A stretch of 64,000 nt of DNA, taken from IMG/VR virus record IMGVR_UViG_3300036546_000248. One strand, given 5' to 3'. This document shows, piece by piece, positions 7,148 to 16,264 of the stretch. The DNA is from a virus (taxonomy: Duplodnaviria > Caudoviricetes). Position numbers and translations under genes: made by a program. The notes beneath the pieces were generated by a model. It had not been told where the DNA came from, did not search any database, and saw only the letters and a list, made by a program, of their open reading frames with translations. Position 1 is the stretch's first letter. Every line of letters begins with the position of its first letter.

Positions 7148-8836
7148 TTATTTTTCGAGTTGGCTTTGGAGTTCGGTAAGTTGCACTTTGATTTGCTCAA
7201 CCGACAGCACCAATTGATCGAGTTTCGATCGATCATTGTCAGCCAAGTCCGCCAGCTCATTGATCGCCATTACCACGTACGGAAGTGTGCGGTGGTATTT
7301 CATTGTGAGGTAGTACTCACCCGATCTTGAGACATTCGGTTCCCCGTCGTCATCGTAATCAAAAGGTGCCAACTCAACAATTTCAGGCGCAACGACTTGC
7401 CATTCTTGAGCACTGAAACCCACCTCAGGTTTGAGGGGGTCGTAGCCAAACCCTGCGGCCAATTCGTTGGCCGTATAGCGATAGCCCGTGATGGTACGTA
7501 GACTTTCCAAAGCCCCTTCAATCGGCGTCATGTTCTCTTTCAGACGTTCGTCGGAGTAGAAGCCACTGATCTCACCTGTGGCTGCAATGTTACCCTCAAC
7601 GTAGAAACTCTTAGACCCGTACACACGAACCCAAGTAGTATCCGACATATGGATGCCGCCACCATAGGTCTCGCTATACCAACCTGTTGCTCCGGTGGAA
7701 CGGAACCAGTTCCCCGTATAGAAAGTCGAAGCCGTGATGTTACCGTTTACGGTACCACCCGACGTACTGAACTTGGCATCCAGAGCTGCTTGAAGACCCG
7801 ATACAGTCGAGATCGCTTGTGTACCCGTATGGTTACTACGGCTCAACAATGCAGCGTCTGTGGAGTTAACAGTGGCGCCGGCTGAGATACCATTGAGCTT
7901 GGCTTTATCGGCCGCACTTAACAACCCAGCCGCCGCAGTAGTGGCTCCAGGCAAACTGGCATTCGTACCCGTGGAGCTGGTTATAGTACCGGCAGTAGCA
8001 CCTGTGGTATAGCCCAAATCGGTAGGTACGTTGACTTGGGCGCCAGCAGCAATACCGTCCAGTTTGGTTTTATCCGCAGAGCCTGTCCACCATGCAGCAA
8101 TTGCCTGACGTACCCGTTGTGCAGTCCAAGCACGACGCGTTGTAGCCACACCTGTCTCTGCTTCAGACTGGGTGATCGTAGTCGCTGACCACTCACGGGC
8201 ATCTGTCAACCGTGTATCCGTCTTGTCGACTTTAGAAGCCAACTGGTTGGTGATGGTAGTTGCAAAGTTGGGATCATTACCCAATGCCGTTGCCAACTCA
8301 TTCAACGTATTCAACGCATCAGGAGAAGAATCTACCAGCGCCGAAATAGCTGCATTTGTGAAGGCTTTGTACTCAGCTTCGATTGTCGCCAGTTGTTTAC
8401 CATCAAGCGCGTCAGCATCCAATCCTGAGTTAGGACCGTCCACTGTCAACAGCTTAGCCAAAACGTCACCAGCGGTATAGCCAGATGCATTGAGTTTGGT
8501 GTTCAATGCGGCCTGAAGAACGTCAGGCTGTACCGCAGTGTCGGCCTTAACGCCTTGTGCGGCAGTTGCAAATTCGGTACGGGCCGTCACATCCAACTTA
8601 GTGTCTAGGTTGGCTGCTGCGATTGCCTCAAGAATAATCTGGGCTTTTGTTTTACCGTCAAGCAAGGATGAATCCACAGCTTTTCCAGCAATTGCCAAGA
8701 AAGTCTCAAGGGCTTCTTGTTTCGTGTGTACACTGGTTTTATCAGCTTTAAGGTTGAGGGCATCCATGACCCCCGTGACTTGGTCACGCACCCACATGCT
8801 GAAATCAGCAAACCCAAAATAACGTTTATTGGTCAT
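7148..8836 (-). CDS. Long tail fibre with C-terminal peptidase S74 intramolecular chaperone
   Basis: KRYFGF N-terminus, SPDALNTLNELATALGNDPNFA collar motif, NWFRSTG..WY..GGG motif, YSDERLKEN chaperone start, C-terminal coiled coil. Confidence 0.88.
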   Translation of the reverse strand: MTNKRYFGFADFSMWVRDQVTGVMDALNLKADKTSVHTKQEALETFLAIAGKAVDSSLLDGKTKAQIILEAIAAANLDTKLDVTARTEFATAAQGVKADTAVQPDVLQAALNTKLNASGYTAGDVLAKLLTVDGPNSGLDADALDGKQLATIEAEYKAFTNAAISALVDSSPDALNTLNELATALGNDPNFATTITNQLASKVDKTDTRLTDAREWSATTITQSEAETGVATTRRAWTAQRVRQAIAAWWTGSADKTKLDGIAAGAQVNVPTDLGYTTGATAGTITSSTGTNASLPGATTAAAGLLSAADKAKLNGISAGATVNSTDAALLSRSNHTGTQAISTVSGLQAALDAKFSTSGGTVNGNITASTFYTGNWFRSTGATGWYSETYGGGIHMSDTTWVRVYGSKSFYVEGNIAATGEISGFYSDERLKENMTPIEGALESLRTITGYRYTANELAAGFGYDPLKPEVGFSAQEWQVVAPEIVELAPFDYDDDGEPNVSRSGEYYLTMKYHRTLPYVVMAINELADLADNDRSKLDQLVLSVEQIKVQLTELQSQLEK

Positions 8837-8940
8837 TGTGAAGTCTCCAGTTTAAGTATCGAGGCAAAAAAAAAATAAGGGCTAGACTTAAGTTTGGAAA
8901 AATGTCTTCTCTTTGTAAGTCTAGCCCTCTTCATAAAATT
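8837..8940 (-). promoter_or_regulatory. TATG followed by a 13-bp stem and U10 tract upstream of the RBS (terminator or attenuator-like leader)
   Basis: TTTTATGA-AGGGCTAGACTTA-N25-TAAGTCTAGCCCT-TA-T10-GCC...AAACTGGAG. Confidence 0.6.
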
Positions 8941-8963
8941 GCTTAGGGACAGACCCCCATTGA

Positions 8964-9527
8964 CTAACGCCAGTTAGAGTCTAACTTCACTACTGCGTTG
9001 GGTAAACCACCTGTGACTGGGATGCCAGAACCGCAAGGTGTCAGAGATAGTCGGTTAATACCTACCCTCACTACAGGTTTGAAGCCAGCATATTGTACGT
9101 TGTCACTCGCATCGTAACGAATAGAGCCTAGGTACATCGATTCCAAACTCTCAGGCATAATCTCCCTTCTAATCTGGTGTTCCACCACCCCGCCACCGAT
9201 AGTCAAGTAGACATGATAGACTTTATTAGCCGTCACTTCGTCTTGAATAACAGTTTCAAATTGATCGAACACCCTAGACTGCCCTCGGATAAACGCCACG
9301 TTTCGTTTAGTGAACCTTACTGTTTTTCCAGTAACGGAAACCCCGATGTCGTCGTCGTTAATTTCACCATAACGACTAACAGACAACGAACCCAGGGATA
9401 GCCTACTGTCCAAGTACTGATCCACGTATGTGGTGGTGACCCCTCCACAATTAACCAGCAGCAACCAATTGGATGTTCTCCAACCGCGAGGCTTTGCGTA
9501 CATCAATTGAGGTGATGGTGCTGGCAC
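8964..9527 (-). CDS. Tail protein module of the phiKZ gp131-135-like family; start uncertain
   Basis: S-RYG and YHVYL motifs shared with the three upstream paralogues; C-terminal GSGIPVTGGLP..W; no clean RBS/start pair. Confidence 0.65.
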   Translation of the reverse strand: MPAPSPQLMYAKPRGWRTSNWLLLVNCGGVTTTYVDQYLDSRLSLGSLSVSRYGEINDDDIGVSVTGKTVRFTKRNVAFIRGQSRVFDQFETVIQDEVTANKVYHVYLTIGGGVVEHQIRREIMPESLESMYLGSIRYDASDNVQYAGFKPVVRVGINRLSLTPCGSGIPVTGGLPNAVVKLDSNWR

Positions 9528-12276
9528 CTGTCACCACACGCCCCAAATACAACAGAGTTGTGCTGTCGGCTTGTTTGGTCAGACTCACCAAGTATTTGGC
9601 TTCACCGTTTACCACTTGAACGTGAACGTAGAACGTTCTGTTCGCTGGTGTGGCGGTGAGAGTAAGTAGGTTAAAGTTTTGTGGTGGTAGTTTGTAGAAA
9701 CGTCCATTGAGCACTACAGAAGTTTCTTCTGTGAAATACAGTACCCACCCTTGCGCTACTTCCTGTGAGGTCAAAACACGGTAATTGGTTTTAGGGACGT
9801 TACCCAATACCCAATTGTCGAATTCACTCTCGGAGATCTTGGCAATCGGCACAAACACCAATTTAGTCAACTCATCGTTTGCTCCAGAGGAACCGACTAC
9901 GCCATAAATCATCCCTAGACCCAAGGACGGTGAGGCATAGTACGAGCGACTACTGTGTAGAGCATTATACGCCTCAAATCCCAGCCCAGCATCGAAAACA
10001 AACTGGCCGGTGGTTTTGTTGTACTTAAAACGGATGGACGTTTGAGGACCGTTCCCGACAAACAGATATCCAAAAGGTCCAGCGTACCCGATCAGACATA
10101 CAGACCCTACAGTGTAAATAACTGTCGCACCGGCGTAGAGTTGATAGCCTTGATAGCGTAACAGAGACAGGCCACCCGTGGACAAAAGAACCCGAGGTGA
10201 CAGTGAGTGTACGGTCACTTCAGTTACTGCTCCACTAGCTACACCACCGACCACATTCAAACGAGCCACAAACTTTTGGATGATACGGTTGGTATAAAGG
10301 ACCATCACCACTGCGAATGGAGGTACGCCTGAGGCTTGTGGGAACACCACATCAACAACCATGTCTTGAACCACACCCGCTTCACCAGCAGCCGATAACG
10401 CCACAGCTAATTTGGCTTTAAGGTCATCAATCACTGCTTGTGACATCGACCCTGAACCACTGGTAGTAAAGTCCGCATTAATGCGTACAGGGGCGGTGGT
10501 TTTTAAACCATCCAAATACCGCGTACCGGCTACTGTGTGAGAAGATCCATTTACCTCTACGATTGGTGCCGCAAGATCAATGGGGTTACTCACACCAATG
10601 TCGGTTAAGAAATCGCGGTTCGCTGACGGTTTATAACCACTGTAGCTACCGTTATAGATCGATTTGTGCGTATACCCGGTTGGGAGTCCTTCCAAGTCAG
10701 TATATGCCAATCCGGCTATTGTTTCACCGTTGCGTGACCGACCATTGGAGAAGAAGATCATGCGAGTATCCGACAACGCAATAGGGGCTGCCAACTTACC
10801 ACCCACAGCACTACCAAATGCTGGCGGTAGCGATATACCACTATAGTTCATAACAGACTGACGAGGTATGCGCAGAGCTTCGTATTTGTCACTGAAGTCA
10901 ACCATCTGTGAGCGATACAAAGCCACGCTATCTACTGTTTGGCTGTTGATCATGTGGAATACCCACCCACTCCCCGAATAGATGCGGGCGTCGTAGACGT
11001 TGCCGGTGGGCGGGTAACCTAAAGCCGATTCGGATTTAGAAAACAACGTTCCTGACGGAGTAATGGAATTGTTGTCTTGACGAGTCATCGTTGCTTGAAC
11101 AATGTTCGTCTCGTCCAGCGCAGCTGTTTTGCTCACAGGATCGTAGGTGAAGCTAAAGATCACTGCACCTCGAGTACTGGAGTAACTGTTAGCAAAATAG
11201 GAGCGTCCTATCACCAACCCGCGCAATTTACCGGTGACAGGGTCAGCAGCCAATTGAAGGTATGGTATCTCGTAGTGGAAGACGTTGCGGGCTGTAAAAC
11301 CAGTACCGACTGACAATACCAGCGGTTTAGTGGCCGGATCGTCACTAACGCTAACGTTGGCTAGATGGATCAAGCTAGCGTTTGCTACCGTTCCACTGAA
11401 TCCTGTAGTAGTGATACCTGTCACCAAGGTAAATGCTACAGTTCCGCCCGCTTGAACGGCCGCTTTAGAAACTTGGTAAACCAAATAACCAAACGCACCG
11501 CTTGCGTTAAGACCCGTCGGGATCATGTAGTAGATGGTGGAGCCGGCCAGAATGGCTGTTCCCCGTGAACCTTGATACGTAGTGGTTGAGATGAGGGCGC
11601 CAGTGTGTTTGGCGTCGTTGTAGGTACCGTTGGTTAGTGAGATAAAGTAATCCCCCAAAACACCATTCGCATCTTGGAGACGACCCATGATGACCGACTC
11701 GCTACAACTGATGACAAATGCCGCTTCCATACCCGCTGGAAAAAAGGATGGGCGGTACTTTTTATTGGTACGGATGGGTTGGCGAAGGTTACCGACCATC
11801 GCGTTTCTTAAATAGGCGTAGTATACACCTCGTCCTGAACCGTTGGTCCCATTTCTCAGTATGATCAATGTTCCATCGTCTTCCACGAACATACCAGCAT
11901 CTTTGGGTGAGGTGATGGTGGTGGCTCCTTCGAATGTGGCGGCCAAACCCACCGGCAGGTAGTCGGGTGTGCCGTACGAGGATAACGGCAGAATCCCTTC
12001 AGGCATCCGTGTGGCGGCCAAACTACGCACCTCAGCTTCACTATAACCACCAACATCCGCCGGCGTCAGGTTGTGTGGGTTGCCTTTAACCAGTTGATGG
12101 TCCATGATCGTTTGTAGGCTTTGTGTTTCCAGATCGCTGTACGGTAGGTCATTCAGTGCGTCGCTGTTGTCAGCACTGACGGTTGGCACCACACGTGAAA
12201 TGGCTTTATCATGTAAAGCCTGAAAGTACCGCCCCATCGCATCAGACAAGGTAGTTAGGTTGAGATTGAATTTCAT
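9451..12276 (-). CDS. Large tail/baseplate-associated protein (941 aa), phiKZ gp131-like family
   Basis: N-terminal NPH..T..DVG-Y module, LSSYG, large beta-rich insert, C-terminal FYVHV..RL module. Confidence 0.8.
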   Translation of the reverse strand: MKFNLNLTTLSDAMGRYFQALHDKAISRVVPTVSADNSDALNDLPYSDLETQSLQTIMDHQLVKGNPHNLTPADVGGYSEAEVRSLAATRMPEGILPLSSYGTPDYLPVGLAATFEGATTITSPKDAGMFVEDDGTLIILRNGTNGSGRGVYYAYLRNAMVGNLRQPIRTNKKYRPSFFPAGMEAAFVISCSESVIMGRLQDANGVLGDYFISLTNGTYNDAKHTGALISTTTYQGSRGTAILAGSTIYYMIPTGLNASGAFGYLVYQVSKAAVQAGGTVAFTLVTGITTTGFSGTVANASLIHLANVSVSDDPATKPLVLSVGTGFTARNVFHYEIPYLQLAADPVTGKLRGLVIGRSYFANSYSSTRGAVIFSFTYDPVSKTAALDETNIVQATMTRQDNNSITPSGTLFSKSESALGYPPTGNVYDARIYSGSGWVFHMINSQTVDSVALYRSQMVDFSDKYEALRIPRQSVMNYSGISLPPAFGSAVGGKLAAPIALSDTRMIFFSNGRSRNGETIAGLAYTDLEGLPTGYTHKSIYNGSYSGYKPSANRDFLTDIGVSNPIDLAAPIVEVNGSSHTVAGTRYLDGLKTTAPVRINADFTTSGSGSMSQAVIDDLKAKLAVALSAAGEAGVVQDMVVDVVFPQASGVPPFAVVMVLYTNRIIQKFVARLNVVGGVASGAVTEVTVHSLSPRVLLSTGGLSLLRYQGYQLYAGATVIYTVGSVCLIGYAGPFGYLFVGNGPQTSIRFKYNKTTGQFVFDAGLGFEAYNALHSSRSYYASPSLGLGMIYGVVGSSGANDELTKLVFVPIAKISESEFDNWVLGNVPKTNYRVLTSQEVAQGWVLYFTEETSVVLNGRFYKLPPQNFNLLTLTATPANRTFYVHVQVVNGEAKYLVSLTKQADSTTLLYLGRVVTGASTITSIDVRKASRLENIQLVAAG

Positions 12277-12944
12277 GCGACCACCTCAATCGTTCCGTCT
12301 CGGTTGGTGTATACCCGATATTGCGTCATCAGACGCGACACTTTACGAATCGCTGTGCTCAGGATGCCTGAGGCATTCGTGGTGAGAGTACCAATGTTCA
12401 TCAGTACGTCCGTCTCAGCCAACACCGATTCACTGAACCGGTAACGCAACGCCCCGGCATCTAACACCACATAAACGTAAATCGTTTTGTTGGCCGGGTT
12501 AACAATCGATTGCGACAAGTCGTAGTCAGCTGCTACCAACACCCCTTCTTGTCCCGTTAAGATCACCGGCACTGCGTTTTGGAAACTGACCACCCAGCCA
12601 CCACTACCGATCACCGTTGGGAAAGTAGTATCCATTGACCCGTAACGTGATACTGCCAACTGCCCTTGCGGCATCAAAGGTGCCAATAAGGCGTCTATCT
12701 GAGCCGTGGTGAGCATTCCCAAATGGGCTGCAGTGGTTTGGTGAGGATTGGATTTATTCGCTTCATGTGAGGCGACAACCACGTTCACGGTGTTGGTCAG
12801 ATGGGTCTGGGTTTTACCCTCAATGGCCAAGGCGTTATCTGCTACCGAGGCGTGAGCCAACTTTTTACTCAGTAGAGTTTTGATGTCGGTGAACATCGTA
12901 TCCAGCTGGTTACGCAAAGCGGTAATTTTTTCAATGATACTCAT
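12273..12944 (-). CDS. Tail protein, same paralogous family (223 aa)
   Basis: ADNALAIEG, NPHQTT, VSRYG, IYVYV, KVSRL motifs. Confidence 0.8.
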   Translation of the reverse strand: MSIIEKITALRNQLDTMFTDIKTLLSKKLAHASVADNALAIEGKTQTHLTNTVNVVVASHEANKSNPHQTTAAHLGMLTTAQIDALLAPLMPQGQLAVSRYGSMDTTFPTVIGSGGWVVSFQNAVPVILTGQEGVLVAADYDLSQSIVNPANKTIYVYVVLDAGALRYRFSESVLAETDVLMNIGTLTTNASGILSTAIRKVSRLMTQYRVYTNRDGTIEVVA

Positions 12945-13595
12945 TTATACCTCCCGAACCAAACCCAATGAACCATTGGCGTTGGTGACCATTCGACACA
13001 CGTCCAACCGAGACAGGTGCGTCAAAGTGTGGCTAGTGATAGCTGTCGCTGAGGTCACAACAGTTCCTAAAAACATGCTGGTCAATGTGTCTGGTGTTTT
13101 AGCGGTTTTGATCACATAGACCAACGACCCATTCGACACCTCTAAATACACGTAGTTGGTGCGATTGGTATAACCTGCAAAACTCAGTACCTGTTGTGGC
13201 AGATTGGCATACAGTCCAGCCAAGAAACAGGACACTGGTTTTAAGGTCAGGTTTAAACCTGAAGTAGTGGGCGCAATAGTGGTACCTGGTGCCCCGTAAC
13301 GAGAAATCGGTACATATTGAGCAGCCAACAGTTGTGCTAACGCCGCTTGTACTTGTGCGGTGCTATAGCTCCCTACTTGGGCAGCCGTGGTATTGTGGTT
13401 ATTACGACTGGCTATGTGAGCAGCTGCTGAAGTTTGACTGGCGGACATAATCTCAGCAAAGGTTTTACCGCCTAACAACAATGCGTTGTTGGCAGCAAAC
13501 GACGAAGCCACTTTCTTTTTCAGTGCCGTTGTAGTGTCGGCGATAACCTTTTCCACGCTGGCCTTAAGCGCAACCAGTTGTGTTTGAATTGTCAT
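12945..13595 (-). CDS. Tail protein, same paralogous family (216 aa)
   Basis: ANNALLLGG, NNHNTT, ISRYG, YVYL, LSRL motifs; RBS AAGG before ATG 13595. Confidence 0.8.
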   Translation of the reverse strand: MTIQTQLVALKASVEKVIADTTTALKKKVASSFAANNALLLGGKTFAEIMSASQTSAAAHIASRNNHNTTAAQVGSYSTAQVQAALAQLLAAQYVPISRYGAPGTTIAPTTSGLNLTLKPVSCFLAGLYANLPQQVLSFAGYTNRTNYVYLEVSNGSLVYVIKTAKTPDTLTSMFLGTVVTSATAITSHTLTHLSRLDVCRMVTNANGSLGLVREV

Positions 13596-13607
13596 GACGA
13601 TACCTTT

Positions 13608-13642
13608 TATAAAACCCACAGAGGCGTGTGACCGCCTCTGTG
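13608..13642 (-). terminator. Terminator hairpin
   Basis: CACAGAGGCG/CGCCTCTGTG stem followed by GGTTTTATA. Confidence 0.65.
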
Positions 13643-13652
13643 AGTAACCCCT

Positions 13653-14255
13653 TTAGAAGGTAACTGTAGAGGCCAGTGACATCCTAGCCACCAAGTCCCC
13701 ACGATTAAACATGGCACTCTCAGCCCCTGTAGACACCATCATCGAATCAATCGACATGGTAGAATAATAGATGCTGGAAAAGAACATGCGAACGATCACG
13801 TTGTTGTTACTGTCTACGTACACGGTCGGTGAGAAATTGCCTTTAGTAGCAATCCCTTCAGTCCGACCTGCCGACGCTTTACAATAACCCACTACGGTCT
13901 CGTCGATGATTTTAGCCGACCCGTAACAATAGCCTCGAAACCGCAGGTGAAACATACGGTTGTTGGTTGTGATCTTGAGCGGCAATTTAAAATGAAGGTA
14001 CACGTTACTTGTGTCGCCCAAATCTGTTCGAGGAAAATCGCCAGCCGCACCTAGACCCGGTGCACCACCTGTGGCGTAAATGATGCCCTGGAAAATCCCT
14101 CGACGAACACACCCTGGACGCGTTGGGTCACCTTCTACACTTTGCAAAGCATTAAGCTCTGCTAAGTCTTCTGTGACTTCACTCAAGCGCAACGCATAGT
14201 CAATCAACTGTTGTTCTGTTGCATTGACCAGCTGGTTAACCGATTCAATCATCAC
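13653..14255 (-). CDS. Fibre-associated protein, paralogue of 14493..15113
   Basis: Coiled-coil N-terminus plus shared NVYLH..GY..GSAK.IDET.VGY beta domain. Confidence 0.7.
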   Translation of the reverse strand: MMIESVNQLVNATEQQLIDYALRLSEVTEDLAELNALQSVEGDPTRPGCVRRGIFQGIIYATGGAPGLGAAGDFPRTDLGDTSNVYLHFKLPLKITTNNRMFHLRFRGYCYGSAKIIDETVVGYCKASAGRTEGIATKGNFSPTVYVDSNNNVIVRMFFSSIYYSTMSIDSMMVSTGAESAMFNRGDLVARMSLASTVTF

Positions 14256-14267
14256 ACCACCTCACAG

Positions 14268-14483
14268 TTAGAAGGACGGTGTAGTCGGCCAAACAACCGC
14301 ATATGGCGATTCAATGGTCTCGGTTATGTCACGTAACTGTTGACGATACGCAGCCATCTCACTCTTTTGCTCGACCGACAGAGGACTGTCAGGCAATTGG
14401 GTGAAGTCGGTTTTGCGCAGCAGTTGGTTACGTGTTTCACGCACCGAAGCCCACGCCGCTTTAAGCACTTCTTCTTCGTTCAT
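14268..14483 (-). CDS. Phage tail assembly chaperone (RN.LL..TD.TQLPD family)
   Basis: RNQLLRKTDFTQLPD..AYRQQLRDIT..WP motif. Confidence 0.85.
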   Translation of the reverse strand: MNEEEVLKAAWASVRETRNQLLRKTDFTQLPDSPLSVEQKSEMAAYRQQLRDITETIESPYAVVWPTTPSF

Positions 14484-14492
14484 AATTACACC

Positions 14493-15113
14493 TTAGAAGT
14501 TGACGTTAGCACTGAGCGAAAGACGAGCAACCAAGTCACCCTTATTGAACAACCGTCCATTACCCACCCGCATCGTGTCGATTTTAAGCGTGGTGTAATA
14601 GATACTTGGGAACAACAACCGAATCACCACGTTGCCACTGACATCGGTGTAAAGGGTTGGTGAGAAGTTCCCAGTGGCATTGTTATTCAACAGGGCTTTA
14701 CTAACCGCATAGCTGTAACCGACGATTGTCTCATCGATCATCTTAGCCGAACCAAACGCGTAGCCGGTCAGGTGAAACCACAACATCTCTGAATTGACGT
14801 TGATGTTCACCGGCACTTTGAGGTGTAGGTAGACGTTGGCATTGGTCCCCAAGTTCGGGACTGTACCAAAGTCACCCTGTGACCATATCTCTTCGCCGCC
14901 ACCGGCGATGTTACCTACGAACCCCTGGAATATCGCTTTACGGACAGTCCCGATGTTGTACGGAATACCGTCGACTTCCCGCAACTCAAGTAGCTGTGTA
15001 GCGTTGAGTTCTTGTGTAGCAATACCTGACTCCAATTGATCAGTCTTTTCCTGTATAGCTGTGGAAAAGCGATCAATGGACTGCAAAAGAGCTGCACGAT
15101 TTTCAGCATCCAT
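14493..15113 (-). CDS. Fibre-associated protein, paralogue of 13653..14255
   Basis: Shares the same beta domain as 13653..14255. Confidence 0.7.
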   Translation of the reverse strand: MDAENRAALLQSIDRFSTAIQEKTDQLESGIATQELNATQLLELREVDGIPYNIGTVRKAIFQGFVGNIAGGGEEIWSQGDFGTVPNLGTNANVYLHLKVPVNINVNSEMLWFHLTGYAFGSAKMIDETIVGYSYAVSKALLNNNATGNFSPTLYTDVSGNVVIRLLFPSIYYTTLKIDTMRVGNGRLFNKGDLVARLSLSANVNF

Positions 15114-15125
15114 ACATCACCTCAC

Positions 15126-15524
15126 TCAGACCGCATTGATCTTGTCAGCACCTTCGTTAAACGCAGCAGTGAGGTCAGTCAACATGGTGTTGACATCGGC
15201 TTCCAGTTGAGTTACCGCTTCTGCTGTGGCGTAATGGGTAGGGAGTTGTCCACCCAACTTAGCCGAATCTACCGCTGTAGCAGTAGCATCCAACTTAGTG
15301 TCTAATGCATCGGACACTTCGTTCTGATTGGCTTTGGTCGCTACCGCTTGATTGGTCGAATCCAAAGCACTTTGGTCGGCTTTGCTCTGAAGAGTTTGGT
15401 CCACCCCATCCATCCGAGTGTTGACTTCACTCAACTCCAGATTCAGATAATCGGTCAACGTTTGGACTTGGCTGCGCACCCACGCACCGAATTCCACGAA
15501 ACCGAAGAAACGTTTCTCAGACAT
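15126..15524 (-). CDS. Short fibre/adaptor protein with KRFFGF anchor (132 aa)
   Basis: MSEKRFFGFVEFGAWV; ATAVDSAKLGG motif; coiled coil. Confidence 0.75.
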   Translation of the reverse strand: MSEKRFFGFVEFGAWVRSQVQTLTDYLNLELSEVNTRMDGVDQTLQSKADQSALDSTNQAVATKANQNEVSDALDTKLDATATAVDSAKLGGQLPTHYATAEAVTQLEADVNTMLTDLTAAFNEGADKINAV

Positions 15525-15631
15525 AATGAAGACTCCAGTTTGTGTATTAAGGCAAAAAAAAACAAGAACCCGACTTGCAAGAGAGGCCAGTTTCCCAAGC
15601 GTAGCCTTAGTTCCTTTTCATAAGATTCTGA
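15525..15631 (-). promoter_or_regulatory. TATG-type promoter plus structured leader with U9 tract
   Basis: Bipartite motif shared with 2317-2367; T-tract-GCC...AAACTGGAG shared with the leader at 8837-8880. Confidence 0.6.
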
Positions 15632-15657
15632 ATAAATACGGTATAAAGCCCGCCCCG

Positions 15658-16089
15658 TTAATCGGGACGGACTTTGCGTATTTGTGTCAGAATTTGTTGG
15701 GTACAGCTCATCACACGAGTTGGGTACAAACGTAAGTCGTATGCCGAACCACAAGAAAGACGATCTTCGGTAATAAGGTCTTTGTTAACATGGACGATTT
15801 CATCGTAGTTTTCACGAATCAGAACGGTCAAGTAGTCAAAGAACTCATCACTGATAATGGTCTCATCCAAGTAGTAATAGGCGTAACTACCCATCAGCCA
15901 CCAGGATACTGCAATGTTTTTAGAGCGCTTAAGGAGGTTCGCTACATATACATCCAAAACACCATTGACCACCATCAAAGGAGGGTATTGGTAATTAGGT
16001 TGATGTTGATAACTGGCTAGGTAGCCTGACGCTTTGGGGGTCAGGCTTACCACATCAGACTCCTTAGGTGCAAAGAGGTCTATTTGCAT
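15658..16089 (-). CDS. Small protein resembling the N-terminal (Ia) domain of NAD-dependent DNA ligases
   Basis: SYAYYYLDETIISDEFFD motif; strong RBS AAGGAGG before ATG 16089. Confidence 0.55.
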   Translation of the reverse strand: MQIDLFAPKESDVVSLTPKASGYLASYQHQPNYQYPPLMVVNGVLDVYVANLLKRSKNIAVSWWLMGSYAYYYLDETIISDEFFDYLTVLIRENYDEIVHVNKDLITEDRLSCGSAYDLRLYPTRVMSCTQQILTQIRKVRPD

Positions 16090-16227
16090 CGATGCCTCCT
16101 TCACGCTGTCTGCTTTGATAAAAACGTTCACACTAAACCCCCAAAGAAAAGCTGTGCAGTCTCTATTAGATACCACACAACCGTTAAGTTTAACTGGTCA
16201 GCGAATGTCCATTAGGACCTCCAGTTT

Positions 16228-16256
16228 AAAAAAGAGGGTGGGGTGTCCCACCCTCT
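16228..16256 (-). terminator. thyA terminator
   Basis: AGAGGGTGG/CCACCCTCT stem plus T-tract. Confidence 0.75.
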
Positions 16257-16264
16257 ATGTCGTC

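Noticed and set aside
8833-8934. 33-codon uORF (MKRARL..ETSQ) whose stop overlaps the fibre ATG
   Set aside because: It has no RBS, its ATG is part of the TATG promoter-like motif, and it is not conserved in the two paralogous leaders.
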